A stretch of 64,000 bases of DNA from Carcharhinus amblyrhynchos (taxonomy: Eukaryota): the NCBI GenBank assembly GCA_965287045.1, contig OZ336883.1, forward strand, positions 41,416,001 to 41,480,000. Reading direction: 5' to 3'. Both the position numbers and the translations under genes were made by a program. Positions 24,951 through 37,609 of the stretch are shown here, piece after piece. Under the pieces are notes generated by a model. It searched no databases and had not been told where the DNA came from. It saw only the letters and a program-made list of their open reading frames with translations. Within the stretch, counting starts at the first letter, position 1. Every line of letters starts with the position of its first letter.

Positions 24951-27900
24951 TCCCATTCCCCATTCTCAGCGATTCTCTCTGATTCCCAGCCATTCTTTCC
25001 CCCACCCCCCACCATGATCTCCAGCGAGTTGCTCCCCAGGTTTCGGTAAAAACGGGGGAGCTCCAGTCTTTTTATCTAGCTTGTGATATCCCTATTACGG
25101 AAAGTGTTTAATGCTAATAAGATGTGTTGTCCAGTACAGACATAAAGATTCAACAAAAGAATGTAAAGGAACCTCAATGTATTTGTAGATTGCCAAGAAA
25201 AGAGATAACACTCAGTGGAAGTAAAATCCTTTACAAGTCAAATGGATTGACTTTAGCATTTCATTTTCCTCCACTGAAAAGTAATGTATGTCTGTACCAA
25301 ATGTGTACATTTTCTGATTACATTATTTATAGCTCTTTACAAAGGTGATCACCTTCTTGAAAACTCCTTATAGAGAATAATGAATATGCAAGTTGTCTAG
25401 ATCCAAAACAAAAGATATTGTAATGTCAAGTTAAAGAGCTAACCAGATGTGTTAACTATAACTTCATAGAAAATTGATATATTTTGGCACATGGAAAAAG
25501 CTATTGTTCTGTGACTTGAGTGATTATTCTAATTGATTTGTGTTCTTCTTTAGTCACTGGGTCAATGAATAATAACTGTTACTTTTAAACAGAGGCTTTT
25601 ATGATGGACACACAAAATGGGACAATAGCCCCATATTCACAGGCAAATAACAGATATTATTGTGTCACTTTAGTGCTAAGTCTACTGCCCATTGCACATT
25701 AAGAATGAGGTTTAGATTAATCTAATTCATTTTAATTTAGGGTCTTGCTCCTCGCATAATGAGGAAACTTCTGTTGCAGCTGACTGAGAATAATTTGAAA
25801 TGAGTTCTTAAAGGTAAAGATGATCTCCTAATGTACTTTGTACCCAATAGCCTAACAATGGAACTAGTATCATAATAAAAGTTAAAAATGGTTTTAAAAT
25901 GCATTTAAATAATTTTTAACTTTAAATTAAGTAACAGAAACATTTCCATATGCTTTACTGTATCATTAGATCAAACTTTCCAATTTGATATGAATTACCT
26001 ATGTTTTAATTTGACCTGTAAGTTTAATTATTTACAGCTGTTAAGGGGATGTTCAACATGTCTGCCAAAACCCTGCTAACTGTATGATTAAAAATAGATT
26101 CTGTATTGGCCACAACTTTAAAAAAAATTGGGGTTAACATGGGTGAACATATGTGTGTATACATATTCATTTTTTTCAAGGCTAGTTGTATTCTTTTTTC
26201 GTTTACTTTCCAAAATGTCTTTATCTGTTGCACCACATAGGACATTTTTAAATGTTTATGTAAAGGATCGATTTTTAGTGCAAATCAACACAAAAGAGGG
26301 GAACAAAGTTTGGTAAATACTTTTAAAGAAACTTTTTTTTAACCACTTGCTAGTAATAAAAATCTCTGTAATGTACATGTCTAAAATTTTATTTTTGGGC
26401 AGGAAGTAAACAAAGCAGAGAATCATTAATTATCCGTCTCGGCACTTACTATGTCTACTAAAGTAGGGATTGTGCAGATTCTACTCTGCTTCTCGTTTCA
26501 CTCGCAGTGTCAGTGTTGGGCAAGGTGACTTAAAAGGGGTCTGTAGTCCAGTAGCAATGATCGTTAAATAGGTATGACACAGAAAACCCAATGTGATACC
26601 TAGATAGCATTCTCTAGATGATCAATCCTTAGGAATTGCGAGTGAATAGCGCAAAATAACATTGTTACTTTAAAAAAAATCTGTTTAAATGAGGTCGCAT
26701 TAGATACTTTTGAAATGCACGTCATTGTCCCATCCCTTGGAGGGGCGGGTAGTGGTCGAATGGTTTTAGATGAATGATATTTCTGAAATATCTCACCTCA
26801 AAAGCTCAGCTACATAATGACTTCTGTGTCATAACTCTGCCCCATTTTCAGTTCTGTATAAATTATAATTCTGCATCGAGAATTGCAAAGTGTGTTTAAA
26901 AATCGTAGGCACATGTTAATGGAAACTGATAATGTGTTGATAAATCACTAAATATTCTGTCGAGACAAGACCCTTTAAGATGGGCTTTCCATTTATGTGA
27001 TATTTAAGATCCGAGAAACATGCTTATGTTTTTTTAAATTCAGAATGGAGAACAAACAATTCTCATTAGTCATTTTGAATTAATGTAGACCTGTATGATT
27101 ATGGCAAATATTTAAATTGTGCTTTTCAGTGAAGGGTCCGAATTCAGTGTCCGAATTTCAATTGTACAACTAAGATGCTCAAATACTGAACCGTTATAAC
27201 ATTTTTAAAAACGTTGTCGATTTGTTAGTTTTAGCAGTAGGTACGTATTATGAAAAAAAATTGAAGTTGTATTTACACTGGTTAAAATAGCGAGCTTTAC
27301 GAGGAGGGGAATGAGTGGGTGCTACACGGATCATTTCTTTTATGTGGAATCGGGTGGAGAAGGGATGTATTGTGATTCAAGCTCGATTAGTGAAGCGCTA
27401 AAGAAATTAATTTTAGTATCGGAATTATTTTAAATGAAAAAGTTGAAAACAATCTATAACATAAGTAGTGAATGTTCGTAAAGTATGGATTTGTTTCCTT
27501 GTTCATTGAATTGAAATGAGGGGAAATCAAATACAAGTTTTAAGATTTTTTTCCCACTTGGCTTTGTTTTTGTTCATTTTTATATTCCTATTTAATAGCC
27601 ATTACAAGTTGAGTTAAATTTTACATTTATTAAACAGTAACCAAACGGTTATGTTTATTTCAAAGTGCTGACGTAGCCTTCGAAGTTGATGGCCCACATC
27701 CATATTAATGATTAAACCATACTGGAAAAACAAGCAGCGCCTCCCTCACCTCGGGGCACGCACCATCGGGCAACTACTTTCATAAAAAGTAAATAGAAGC
27801 ATTTATTGGGAGAGAGCTTATCGTTTTAGATTGCCGTTTTGCACATAGCAAATTGCACAACAGGAAACTGACAGGGGGTTAGATGTGGGTGGATGTTGCA

Positions 27901-28265
27901 TAATTATTTGGCTCGATAGTGACCGAGTTTTTAAACCTCTATGCAATGATTTAATACTTTTCTGACGTTACGATGACTCGTTTTTACCATTTTCACAGAA
28001 AGCCTGGCCAAAAACGCTCGGTTTGAGTTTGTTTAGTTTTGAAATGCTGAGATTGTAGTGCTAAGATACTCACCCCCTTGCATTAGTTTTGGGGCGATCT
28101 TAAAAAAAGTCTTGTAATGAATAGATTGCTATTAAACTGAGAGTGGAGAAAGCAGAGGAGCTGGATGAGTGCAGTATTAGTGCAATGTGCTGGCTCTGTA
28201 AGTGACTTGGTGCAAAAGGGATGGGGAGTTGCGACATTCTGAGGGGACTGAAATAGAACAGGCCC

Positions 28266-28281
28266 TGACGTCATGGGGCGG
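28266..28281. promoter_or_regulatory. Upstream CRE plus GC box
   Basis: TGACGTCA (28266-28273) immediately followed by GGGGCGG (28275-28281). Confidence 0.5.
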
Positions 28282-28779
28282 AACTGGAGCTGCAGCTGGG
28301 GGTGGGGGAGTAGGACCTTGACTGATCTCACATACCCACTATTTAAATATGCATTTTATACAGTAACTACTCTATTGTTATGTGTTCAGTCTTTATGACG
28401 GTCAAAGGAGATCCTTTTATCGCAAGTTTTGTTTCTCGTCATTAATACTTAGCCCGATGTTGCAGTCGGGGAAGCCAGGCCAATTGCTCAGCAAAATGAA
28501 TGTTATTTCTGTGCTGTCTTGGCCCTGCCTGGGATTGCGTCGTTTAGCTGAAGTCTAGGATTTAAAATGTAATTGCTGAGCTGGTGTCTCATTTTGCCTT
28601 TAAGTACAACTTTTACCTTTTGGTTGTAGAAGGGATTAGGAGAATGTTTCAGCAACGCAACTATTTTAATAAGCATTCCCCTAATGTGCTTTGGTAACTG
28701 AAGTATTAAAATGGAAAGTTTCTAGCATTCATTTTGAAAATATTGTTGTTAGAGGACCTCTTCCACTACTACCGCGTGT

Positions 28780-29085
28780 TCAATGACTTGGTGTATCGGA
28801 CTGAGTCACGTTCAGAGTAATTGGGCTGAGAGCCCCATGCTGGCTGGGAAGGCTACGGCTGCGCACTGGCAGCGGGGCTGGGGAAGTCGCGTCTGCGCAC
28901 TGGCGGCGGAGCCGGGGAAGCTGCACTTGCGCACTGGCGGTCTGCAGCGCGGCGCTGACGTCACGCGGCGCTCGGAGAAGCTGGGTGGCGCGAGCGGGAG
29001 GTGAGGAGAAAGCGGAGAGCGGAGCAGGAGAAAGGCGAGCGAGGCAGCCCGGGCCCAGCCACTCAACCCCCAACGCCTTCGCACC
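28780..29085 (+). promoter_or_regulatory. CpG-island promoter and 5' UTR of IRF2BPL
   Basis: Sharp rise in GC and CpG. AP-1 TGAGTCA 28802-28808; TGCGCACTGGC at 28860, 28894 and 28928; full CRE TGACGTCA 28956-28963; Kozak-like GCACCATG. Confidence 0.8.
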
Positions 29086-31068
29086 ATGTCCGCTGCACAG
29101 GTCTCTTCGTCCCGGAGACAGTCGTGTTATCTCTGCGATCTGCCCCGCATGCCGTGGGCCATGATCTGGGATTTTACCGAACCTGTGTGCCGGGGTTGCG
29201 TCAACTACGAAGGGGCCGATCGCATCGAGTTTGTTATCGAGACGGCGCGGCAACTGAAGCGGGCTCATGGCTTCCAGGAGGGCCGCTCTCCGGGGCCGCC
29301 CCCTGTCAAAGTGCAGTCCTTGGGAGGCAGCAAGGAGGCGACTCAGCAGCTCAACCACGTCGACGGCTCGTCCAAGGCGCCACAGCCGCCTCTCGATCGC
29401 TACTCCCTGAGCGAGAGACCGCGCTTCGAGTATCCGAGCCTCGCCCACGCTGGCAGGCTTCCCAATGGCCTGAACGGACCCAATGGATTCCCCAAACCCG
29501 AGGACATACCGCCGGAACTGAACCGGCAGAGTCCCAACTCATCGCGGAGAAATCACGGCATCGTGCCCCCGGGCCCGGTCACTGTGCCGCCCAACCTGCT
29601 GCCTCAGACCACCTTAAACGGTCCGTCCGCAGGAACCTTGGCCCCGCACGGGCTGCTCGGCCGGCCGTCACCTTCCAGCAGCCTGGCTGGCACATCAGTG
29701 ACGGTCAGCAGCCAGGTGCTGAGCGATGTAAACAAGCGGCCGGGCTCGGTGTCCAGCAGCGACCAGGAGCGGGAGCTGAAGGAGAAGCAGCGGAACGCCG
29801 AGACCCTGGCCGAGCTGGGTGAGAGCCTGAGGAACCGCTCGGAGGACTGGGCCAACAAGCCCAAAATCGTGCGGGAGACGCTTCTCACCCTGTCCAACTG
29901 CAACCCCTTCGATGTGCGCTTCAAGAAGGATCACTCTCTGCTGGGCCGGGTCTTCGCTTTCGACGCCGTTTCCAAGCCCGGCATGGACTTCGAGCTGAAG
30001 ATCTTCATCGAGTACCCGAGCGGCTCGGCCAATGTCTTCTCCAGCGCCTCCGGGGTGGCCAAGCAGATGTACCAGGACTGTATGAAGGATTTCAGCAGAG
30101 GCCTATCGTCAGGCTTCAAGTACTTAGAGTACGAGAAGAAACATGGTTCGGGGGACTGGCGCCTCCTGGGTGACCTCCTGCCCGAGTCAGTGCGTTTCTT
30201 CAAGGAGGTGGTGGGGGCCGACATGCTGCCGCAGCCCCACATCGACGCCAATTGCCCCATCTTACCCACTGCCCTGTGCAACATGCCGCGCCCCCCGCCC
30301 AACAGCTCCAGAACTGGGATGCGCAAGCGGAAAGCGTCCCCCGAGCCCGACTCGGACGCGGGCAGCGTGAAGCTGGAAGAGCGGCAGCAGCAATGGCTCT
30401 CTAACCAGAACGAAGCCTTAAAGCTCACTATGGCGGTATCCGGCAGCTTCGGGGCAGGCGGCGTGCCGCACGGTGGTTCCGCTCTACCACCCAACCGGAC
30501 CACCCCCCCCGAGTGCAGCACCCAGAATGGACAGTCCCCCATGGCCGCCCTCATGTCCGTGGCTGACACCCTCGGGAATGCCCACTCGCCAAAGGACAGC
30601 AGCAATTCCGTACATTCGACCACGAGTACCAGCACCAGGAGGAACAGCAACAGTCCGGTGTCCCCGGCCTCAGGGGGCGGCCAGCGCCGCATGGTGTCCA
30701 GGAACGGGGATGCTGCTCTGTCCGTGGCCCCTCCTAACAACCATCCCAATCCCAGCATAGACCCCGTTCATCCCCCAAACATTCCAGACTCACCGATGGC
30801 CAACAACGGGCCCCTGTGCTGCACCATTTGTCATGAACGTTTGGAGGATACTCACTTTGTGCAATGTCCATCAGTGCCCAATCATAAATTCTGTTTCCCA
30901 TGCTCTCGGGAGAGCATCAAGGCTCAGGGGGCGAATGGAGAAGTTTATTGCCCCAGTGGAGAAAAATGCCCTTTAGTAGGTTCAAATGTCCCTTGGGCAT
31001 TCATGCAAGGAGAGATTGCTACAATCTTAGCAGGGGACGTAAAGGTCAAAAAAGAAAGAGACCCATAA
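29086..31068 (+). CDS. IRF2BPL: Interferon regulatory factor 2-binding protein-like (EAP1): intronless, 660 aa, N-terminal C4 zinc finger and C-terminal C3HC4 RING
   Basis: Starts [30 protein letters not shown], the IRF2BPL N-terminus. Contains the central [21 protein letters not shown]...[22 protein letters not shown] domain, [12 protein letters not shown] and [33 protein letters not shown]...[11 protein letters not shown]. Single uninterrupted ORF. Confidence 0.97.
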   Translation: MSAAQVSSSRRQSCYLCDLPRMPWAMIWDFTEPVCRGCVNYEGADRIEFVIETARQLKRAHGFQEGRSPGPPPVKVQSLGGSKEATQQLNHVDGSSKAPQPPLDRYSLSERPRFEYPSLAHAGRLPNGLNGPNGFPKPEDIPPELNRQSPNSSRRNHGIVPPGPVTVPPNLLPQTTLNGPSAGTLAPHGLLGRPSPSSSLAGTSVTVSSQVLSDVNKRPGSVSSSDQERELKEKQRNAETLAELGESLRNRSEDWANKPKIVRETLLTLSNCNPFDVRFKKDHSLLGRVFAFDAVSKPGMDFELKIFIEYPSGSANVFSSASGVAKQMYQDCMKDFSRGLSSGFKYLEYEKKHGSGDWRLLGDLLPESVRFFKEVVGADMLPQPHIDANCPILPTALCNMPRPPPNSSRTGMRKRKASPEPDSDAGSVKLEERQQQWLSNQNEALKLTMAVSGSFGAGGVPHGGSALPPNRTTPPECSTQNGQSPMAALMSVADTLGNAHSPKDSSNSVHSTTSTSTRRNSNSPVSPASGGGQRRMVSRNGDAALSVAPPNNHPNPSIDPVHPPNIPDSPMANNGPLCCTICHERLEDTHFVQCPSVPNHKFCFPCSRESIKAQGANGEVYCPSGEKCPLVGSNVPWAFMQGEIATILAGDVKVKKERDP

Positions 31069-31931
31069 TTTTTAACTTCAGTAATTGAAGTAAAATGTGA
31101 ATAAGAACTAAAAAGTTAGTCTTATGTATAGACATTTTTCATTTCCGTCGTATGTTTCTATATTTTGAAACAAGGTATGTACTCTTCTTCATTTGAAGGA
31201 TGAACCTGGTTTTGTTTAAAGAATATCAGATATTATTGCTTAATACTGTTTTCACTTATTGAGGCAGTGTGTTGGCTAGGTACAAAATCATAGCACTTAG
31301 CAATTAACGCTGCTGGTGTGTTTTTGTAAATGTATGCACTTCGCTGAATTGCCAAGGCCAGTGTTGACGTCTGCAGAAATGCAAACAAATTGTTACAAAG
31401 AATGGTCACAGTTAGTTATGTTACACGCCCTGGAGATAGTCTCCTACAAAGTGACTTTTTTAAAAAGGTGAGGGGTTCTTTTTATTAGTTTCCAAGGGCA
31501 AAATATTTCATTTTATGATTCAGTGATCTGAATTTTTTATAACTTTTTTTGCTTTATGGATGCACGAATGCTTTAAATAGTAGAGCAAAATGCTGTACTG
31601 TATATGACAAAACTGCTCTGTTTGTTCTTTATACATTTCTGTAGTAACAGAAGACTGTAATGTGCCTTGGAGCTGAATAAATTGTAATAAATTCGATGAA
31701 TAAGCTCCCTGACTAGTCAATTTCTTTACAGACTGTAGGAAATGTGAACAAATTGGATGTGAATACCTATGAGAAAATGGCTGCTTTATTGCTTTAAAAG
31801 TTACATTACTGCAATCGCTGTCAGAGATGTCATTCTTATAATTAATTAAATAAATACTATCATTGCAATATTTACTTATTTTGGCAAAGAGCCCACATAT
31901 TTATAAATCACCTGAATGCTTCAAAAATAAA
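31069..31931 (+). terminator. IRF2BPL 3' UTR with multiple AATAAA poly(A) signals
   Basis: AU-rich. AATAAA at 31676-31681, 31686-31691, 31849-31854 and 31926-31931. The actual cleavage site cannot be determined from sequence. Confidence 0.6.
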
Positions 31932-34900
31932 CTGCTGATTCAGGTTTTCCCATTCACTTTTTTGCTGGACTAAAACCTGATGAGTTCCACTGAAACAAAA
32001 TATGAAATAATTGTTCTGAGATTAAAGGCACTTTAAAGTGATCGAATGTTACTGTGTGAAATCAATGGCAGTTAGTTAACTGTAGTGGTCCAGGTAATTG
32101 TAACAAGTTTGAACACAGATGTTAAGACCAAAAAGCAGCTGTATCATTTTGAGCTGATGAAAGCAAGGGCTGTGGTGCTGGTACAGGGAACTGTATCCTG
32201 CATTCTATGCAGCAAATCCCTGGTCTGAGTAAAAATGCTTTTTAAATTCATCTCTTCAAATCATATGCACTTTAAAACCAGCCATTTGATATTTATTGAT
32301 GTTGAAAAACATTCTTCTGATACAAAAAAAACTATTTCCTTGCCTTTTACACATTTGCAATGCTTACACTTCTGATAGTTTGTCCTAATGTATGATCTCA
32401 AGTTATGTTTCCACAGTGTACATGTTAAGCAACTCGATGCAGTAGGTACTGCAACTGGACTGCTGCAGTTAATGTTTTCTTAGTGTGCACAATTGAATTT
32501 AAATATCTGAAAAATGCACTTTCCTTGAACATTGAAATATTTGAAGTACTCATTTCTCACTTTCAAAATATTAATGGTGAAAATAAAAGAGGAATTTGGT
32601 GTGAACATGGACTTAATTAACTGGCGATATAGTGTGATATTTTTGTTTTTATTTGTTTTGAATCAACCTTTTTGCATCTTTATCCCAAAGCTAAATTCTG
32701 TCACTTTTAATTGAAGGAATAGGGAAATGTGATGAGAGCTGAAGTGTGTTTTTGGATTTTTTTAATCAAGCCCATTATAAGCATTTTATCAATATATAAC
32801 AGAACCCCCTGTACTGTAACCTAACAATTTCACTTTGGTATTAATAGTTCATTATTTTTGCTATTGCTGCTGAGCTGCATATAAGTGATTAACAGCACAA
32901 ATTAAGTTCCTTAATGGAAAAGCTGATACTATTTTCAAAGGATAACTGAACCCTATTTGATCTTTAATCGAGGGCTGGTGCATTCAAGATTTATAGCTCC
33001 AGACTTGTTTGTTTATACAGCTGTTCTTCATCTGAAGATTTTGATTCTGAAGGTACAAAGTTGGGAGTTATTTTTATATTTTAATTACAAGGATTTTAAT
33101 AGTTATTGTTGATGTTTGATAAGGCATTTTGCTTATAGCCTTGATCTTGGTCCCTGCCAAATTATATGTTCTCACAATATGGTCTAGGTAATAAATTCCA
33201 GTAATGTTTTAAACAATAGTATAATCTAAATAATTTACTAACGACCATATTTTAAGTTTGTTTTTCAAATTTTCTAATAACTGAATGTAGAGCAGATCCG
33301 GAGAGGGTGTTGCCTATCCGTTTTCTCCACCACCAATACTAAAGCTGAAATCTTCACTTTGATATGCACAAGATCATTTGAAATGGATCTTTCCGCTTTC
33401 TAATGCCTTGGTGCTGCATCATCCTGAACATATTCTTGACTAAATACTCTTTGATAGATTTAAAAATATTATTGGGTTTAAGATTTGGATAGTCTTAAAA
33501 CTTGGGAAATGATGCATTATCTTTGTATTATTATTTGAACCAGGAGTATTTTTGTTCTAATGTATGTTTATCCATTTGCCATTCTATTTCACATTTATCA
33601 TTGTAAACAAAAATTCTGTAGTATTCCAGATGATCCCAGTCCTGCAAGGAGCAAAGCATACATTATACAGCATTAACTGAGTACTGAAGCATCAGAAAAA
33701 TACTGTAGAGGGGTAATAGAATTATTACTTGGTTTAGAATTTTTATATCTAAAAAGATGGGGTTGAGGAGCAAAATACCTGAAGGAACAATGAGTGTAAA
33801 AAGTTGGCCCAATATTTGTGCAATTAAATTTATATATTTAACAAAATATACTCTGTTGGTATGTGCAAGTCTATTACATAAGAGTTAAGTTTTTAAAATG
33901 ACCTATGCTGCAAAAGCAATTAATAAAAGCAATCATCAGGACAGACAATTATAAAGTTTGTGGGGATGGGGGGGGGGGGAATGGTCAATTAGGAAGAGTT
34001 GATGGTACAGAGAGAAGCCAGACAGTATCAGGATATGTTTAAGTATCAAGCTGTAGAAATTAAAAAAGAAAGGTCCTTAGGACATTTAATGAAGTGTTTT
34101 ATGCCAGTCCAATTGACAAGCAGACTTTTAGATCTGAAGTGTTTTGGGTCTGGCCTGATGGTTTTAAGAGTAGAAAATAATAAGATTTTTAGATGTTGCC
34201 AAGGATGGACCAGCTGAATCCACTCCATGACGTGCTGTTTGCCGTAGAGGAATTAATATTGTTCCAATCAATGGAAAGTGAACTTCAAAACTCAAAGTTC
34301 ACTGATACAGAATATTATCTAATACTTGGGTTCATTGCAGCATTTTATGGATCGGTTGATCAGAGTGAGAATTAATTTCTCTTCAAACTAACAAGCAATC
34401 TGTATATAGTATATCTGAAGTACTGAGGCTACTGCATCTGTCTGCAGTTGCTTACTAGAACACCTGATATTCCAAGCTTGGCAGTTAGTGTATCATTTAC
34501 TCTTTGACATGTAGGAAATCCACATATCAAGCTTTGGTACAATTTCAGCCTCCCTCTTAAGAAATTTTATTGTGCTTTTCAGACTGTAACATGCTGTTGC
34601 TTAAGAATTATGAGAGGGTTATTCTGTGTGCTCTCTTGTATGTATCCTCAAATTAATTTAGTGATAATCAACTTTACTGATATTTGATGGCATTACTTAA
34701 CTCCAACTGTATTGACATCTAATATAAGTAATTTTGCTAACTAGAGTAAATGTGCTGGGGTTACACTAGAAGTTGCTTAGTTGTAAATGCCGATTAAAAT
34801 TAATTTTATTCAAATATTACTGTTCAGCAAACAACATAAAACACTTCCAAGAGAAAGGTAAATGGATGTTTCATTTGAGATTTAAACAAATGTTCCTATT

Positions 34901-37609
34901 GTAAGTCCTTTGCTTTTGACTTTGTTGAAGTTAACCCCGTATGATGTGTTTGACGTTGAAAAAATTGCCTTGTCTGAGTAATAGTTGCTATTTGAATACT
35001 GCATGTCATGGCCTGAAATTTTCTGAGTCCAACAAGCTTTAAATATATGATGATTTAAATGTACAGCATAATCCTATTTGGCTATATTTTGCATTGCAAA
35101 GTTACCATCTCCTTTATTCTGTAGTCATTCTGATCTATGTTCCCTTCTCCACTATGGGACTTTTGATTTTTAAAGTAGCTCGACCTATAGCTATTTGTTA
35201 CCTAGTTTAAATATTTGCATCATGTATGCCACTGGTGGAACTGTGGAGTACAAGCAGTATTATAAAACTGCTTAGAAAGCAGATGCAAAAGGGGAAAAAA
35301 AGTACCTAATAGGTGCAGCCCTTTCTATTATAAGATACTTACCATTTTATATCAGCCATACATTTGGGTGGCTTATGAAAAATTTCCTGAGAAGTCCCTT
35401 TGTAAAAGACTATGTGTAGTTCCAAGCTAACTAAGAACACAATGCTGTTGCTGATAAAATAGTGTCTTGGGGCAACGTTTTCAAGCAGAAGGGATATGGG
35501 TGGGTGCACTTAGTGATTCATTTATGTGTTGAACTTGATCAGTTCAGAGTTGTTGAGCAATAGATTTCTGTTTACAACATTGAGCTAATAAATAAAACAC
35601 AACCTGTTGAAAGTATTCTCTTAAAGGCAGCTTTTCCTTTAACCTTGTTACTTCTGCTAATACTTGTATATGATTATAAGTGTAAAGTCCTTGTATCTGT
35701 AATGTTACTTTTTAAAGAAATAAATGTATCACAAAAGTTGTGTTGTGGATTTTATTTTAGTTTGCTCGCTGAGCAGCAGTCTTATTCAGCGACTTCCCTT
35801 GGACTAACACTGACTGTGCACCGTAAATCTGAATGTTTTAATCATTAATTTAAAAACATTGCTGCATTAATTCAAGTCCTTCGATTAACCTTTGCGATGA
35901 TTTAGCCAAAATAGTGTGGGGCTAAAAATTGTGAAATAATGCACAATTTCGACAAGTGAAATAATTTCAGTCAAATTTTTTTAATATACTTTAAACGTGA
36001 CTGAATTCTTCACCCTCAGCATTTTTTCCTTTTGGGTTCTCTTGGTGCCTCCCTACTGCAGGTGGATCTAGTCAGGAGTTCCTGATTCTCTGTTTTACAC
36101 TTTAAAAGATACCTGAAGGTATTAGTCTGCTGATGAAAGTTCACTGCTTTAAAGAAGCCTGCTAGTGCAATTTTGGTGAACCTTTTTCTATGATGTCTGG
36201 TAATCAGCATGACCACGTTTTCTCTGGTTGGATCATATTTCAGTGAAGTTTTGCATGGCTACTTATCTGTTTTTCCAAACACTTAGTAAAAGCATCAATA
36301 AAAAGTGAAACCAGGTAGCTGTAGAACAGTTAGGTAGAGGCCTGGGTGGAAGCCATCCATATAGTTTCTTAACTGGAAATGACAAAAGGGAAGACATTTA
36401 ATAAGAGTACAGATTGGATTTGTGTTACTTAGATTTTGAAGTTCTAATATCCTGCAGAAATAAAATAAATTATAAAAACATTTTCCAAGTGTTGAGTCAA
36501 GAGATCAAATTAGCGTTAATATGCTGCTTGCGCCGCCTTTACATGCTTTGTAGTGTATACGTACAATTGAATACATACCGTATCCTTTTAAACACAAATA
36601 TTCCTTTGGTCATCATGTTTTCAAACATTGCACATTTGATTGGATTTCACTGATGGGAGAAACCATTAAAAACAGTCCTTTAGATTTTGTAGAATTCTGA
36701 AAGGCAATGTTCAAATAGAATGTGCTTTGACAGGAATCATGCATCAAAAATCTTAAATATCAGTATAAACTTTAGAATTATTATATAGTTAGGCTACTTG
36801 TAACATTGAATAGCTTCACCACTGGGGGACATTGTTGTTTCACCTTCATGTAATGCATTCTGGGAAACATAACTTAATTGTAGCCAGTTTGTGTCCTGTA
36901 GCTGTGCAATAAAACTTTCCAGAGACTTTGGCTCATAAACAAAACACATATTTACTTCTTTATGAGCCAGAAATCTCTGGAAAGTTTTATAGCAATGCTA
37001 CAGAACACAAGCAGCTTGGATTGAAACCAACCCAGAATTCATTGCACGAACGAGGAATCAATGATCTCTTCCTGGTGGTGGAAAGAAAAGCAGTGTGTGC
37101 TAAACACTGCAACAAGTGGCTCAGATAACAGATTTGTGTTGAGGGTTGAAATATTAATGCCTAACTCAACTTTTAAATAAATATTCTTTTAAAAAATTAA
37201 ATAAGAGCAGTACAGCTAAATGAATGTTATATTTTAAACAACTAATTGGATTAACAATATTTTGCTTTTCTTGGCCTCATAGCTGCGTAAAGTAAGAATT
37301 CAAGCGATGTATATGAATATATTCGAAAGTATTTTTCGTATGCTGTCTCTTATGCTAATGCCTGTATTGCACAGTACCGTTTAAATATTATTTATTTGTG
37401 ATAATTATTGCAAGAACTGAGAGCTCTTCAGTTTAATTCATTTGACAACTAGATATTTTTCTAACTTCTTTAAAATCTGGCTTTGTGGATCCTTGACCAG
37501 TATATATTAAACTTCAATTAGTTTCAGATGTCGGGATTTAAGAAAAAATCTGTGCTGAAACGTTATAGCTTAAATCTCTGTTGACTACAAGTACATTGTT
37601 TCCTGTTTC

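Noticed and set aside
28780-30760. Antisense and alternative-frame ORFs overlapping IRF2BPL (e.g. 29001-29822 +, 29931-30758 -, 28780-29448 -)
   Set aside because: Expected shadows of a GC3-rich CDS. Mostly non-ATG starts and no recognisable domains.
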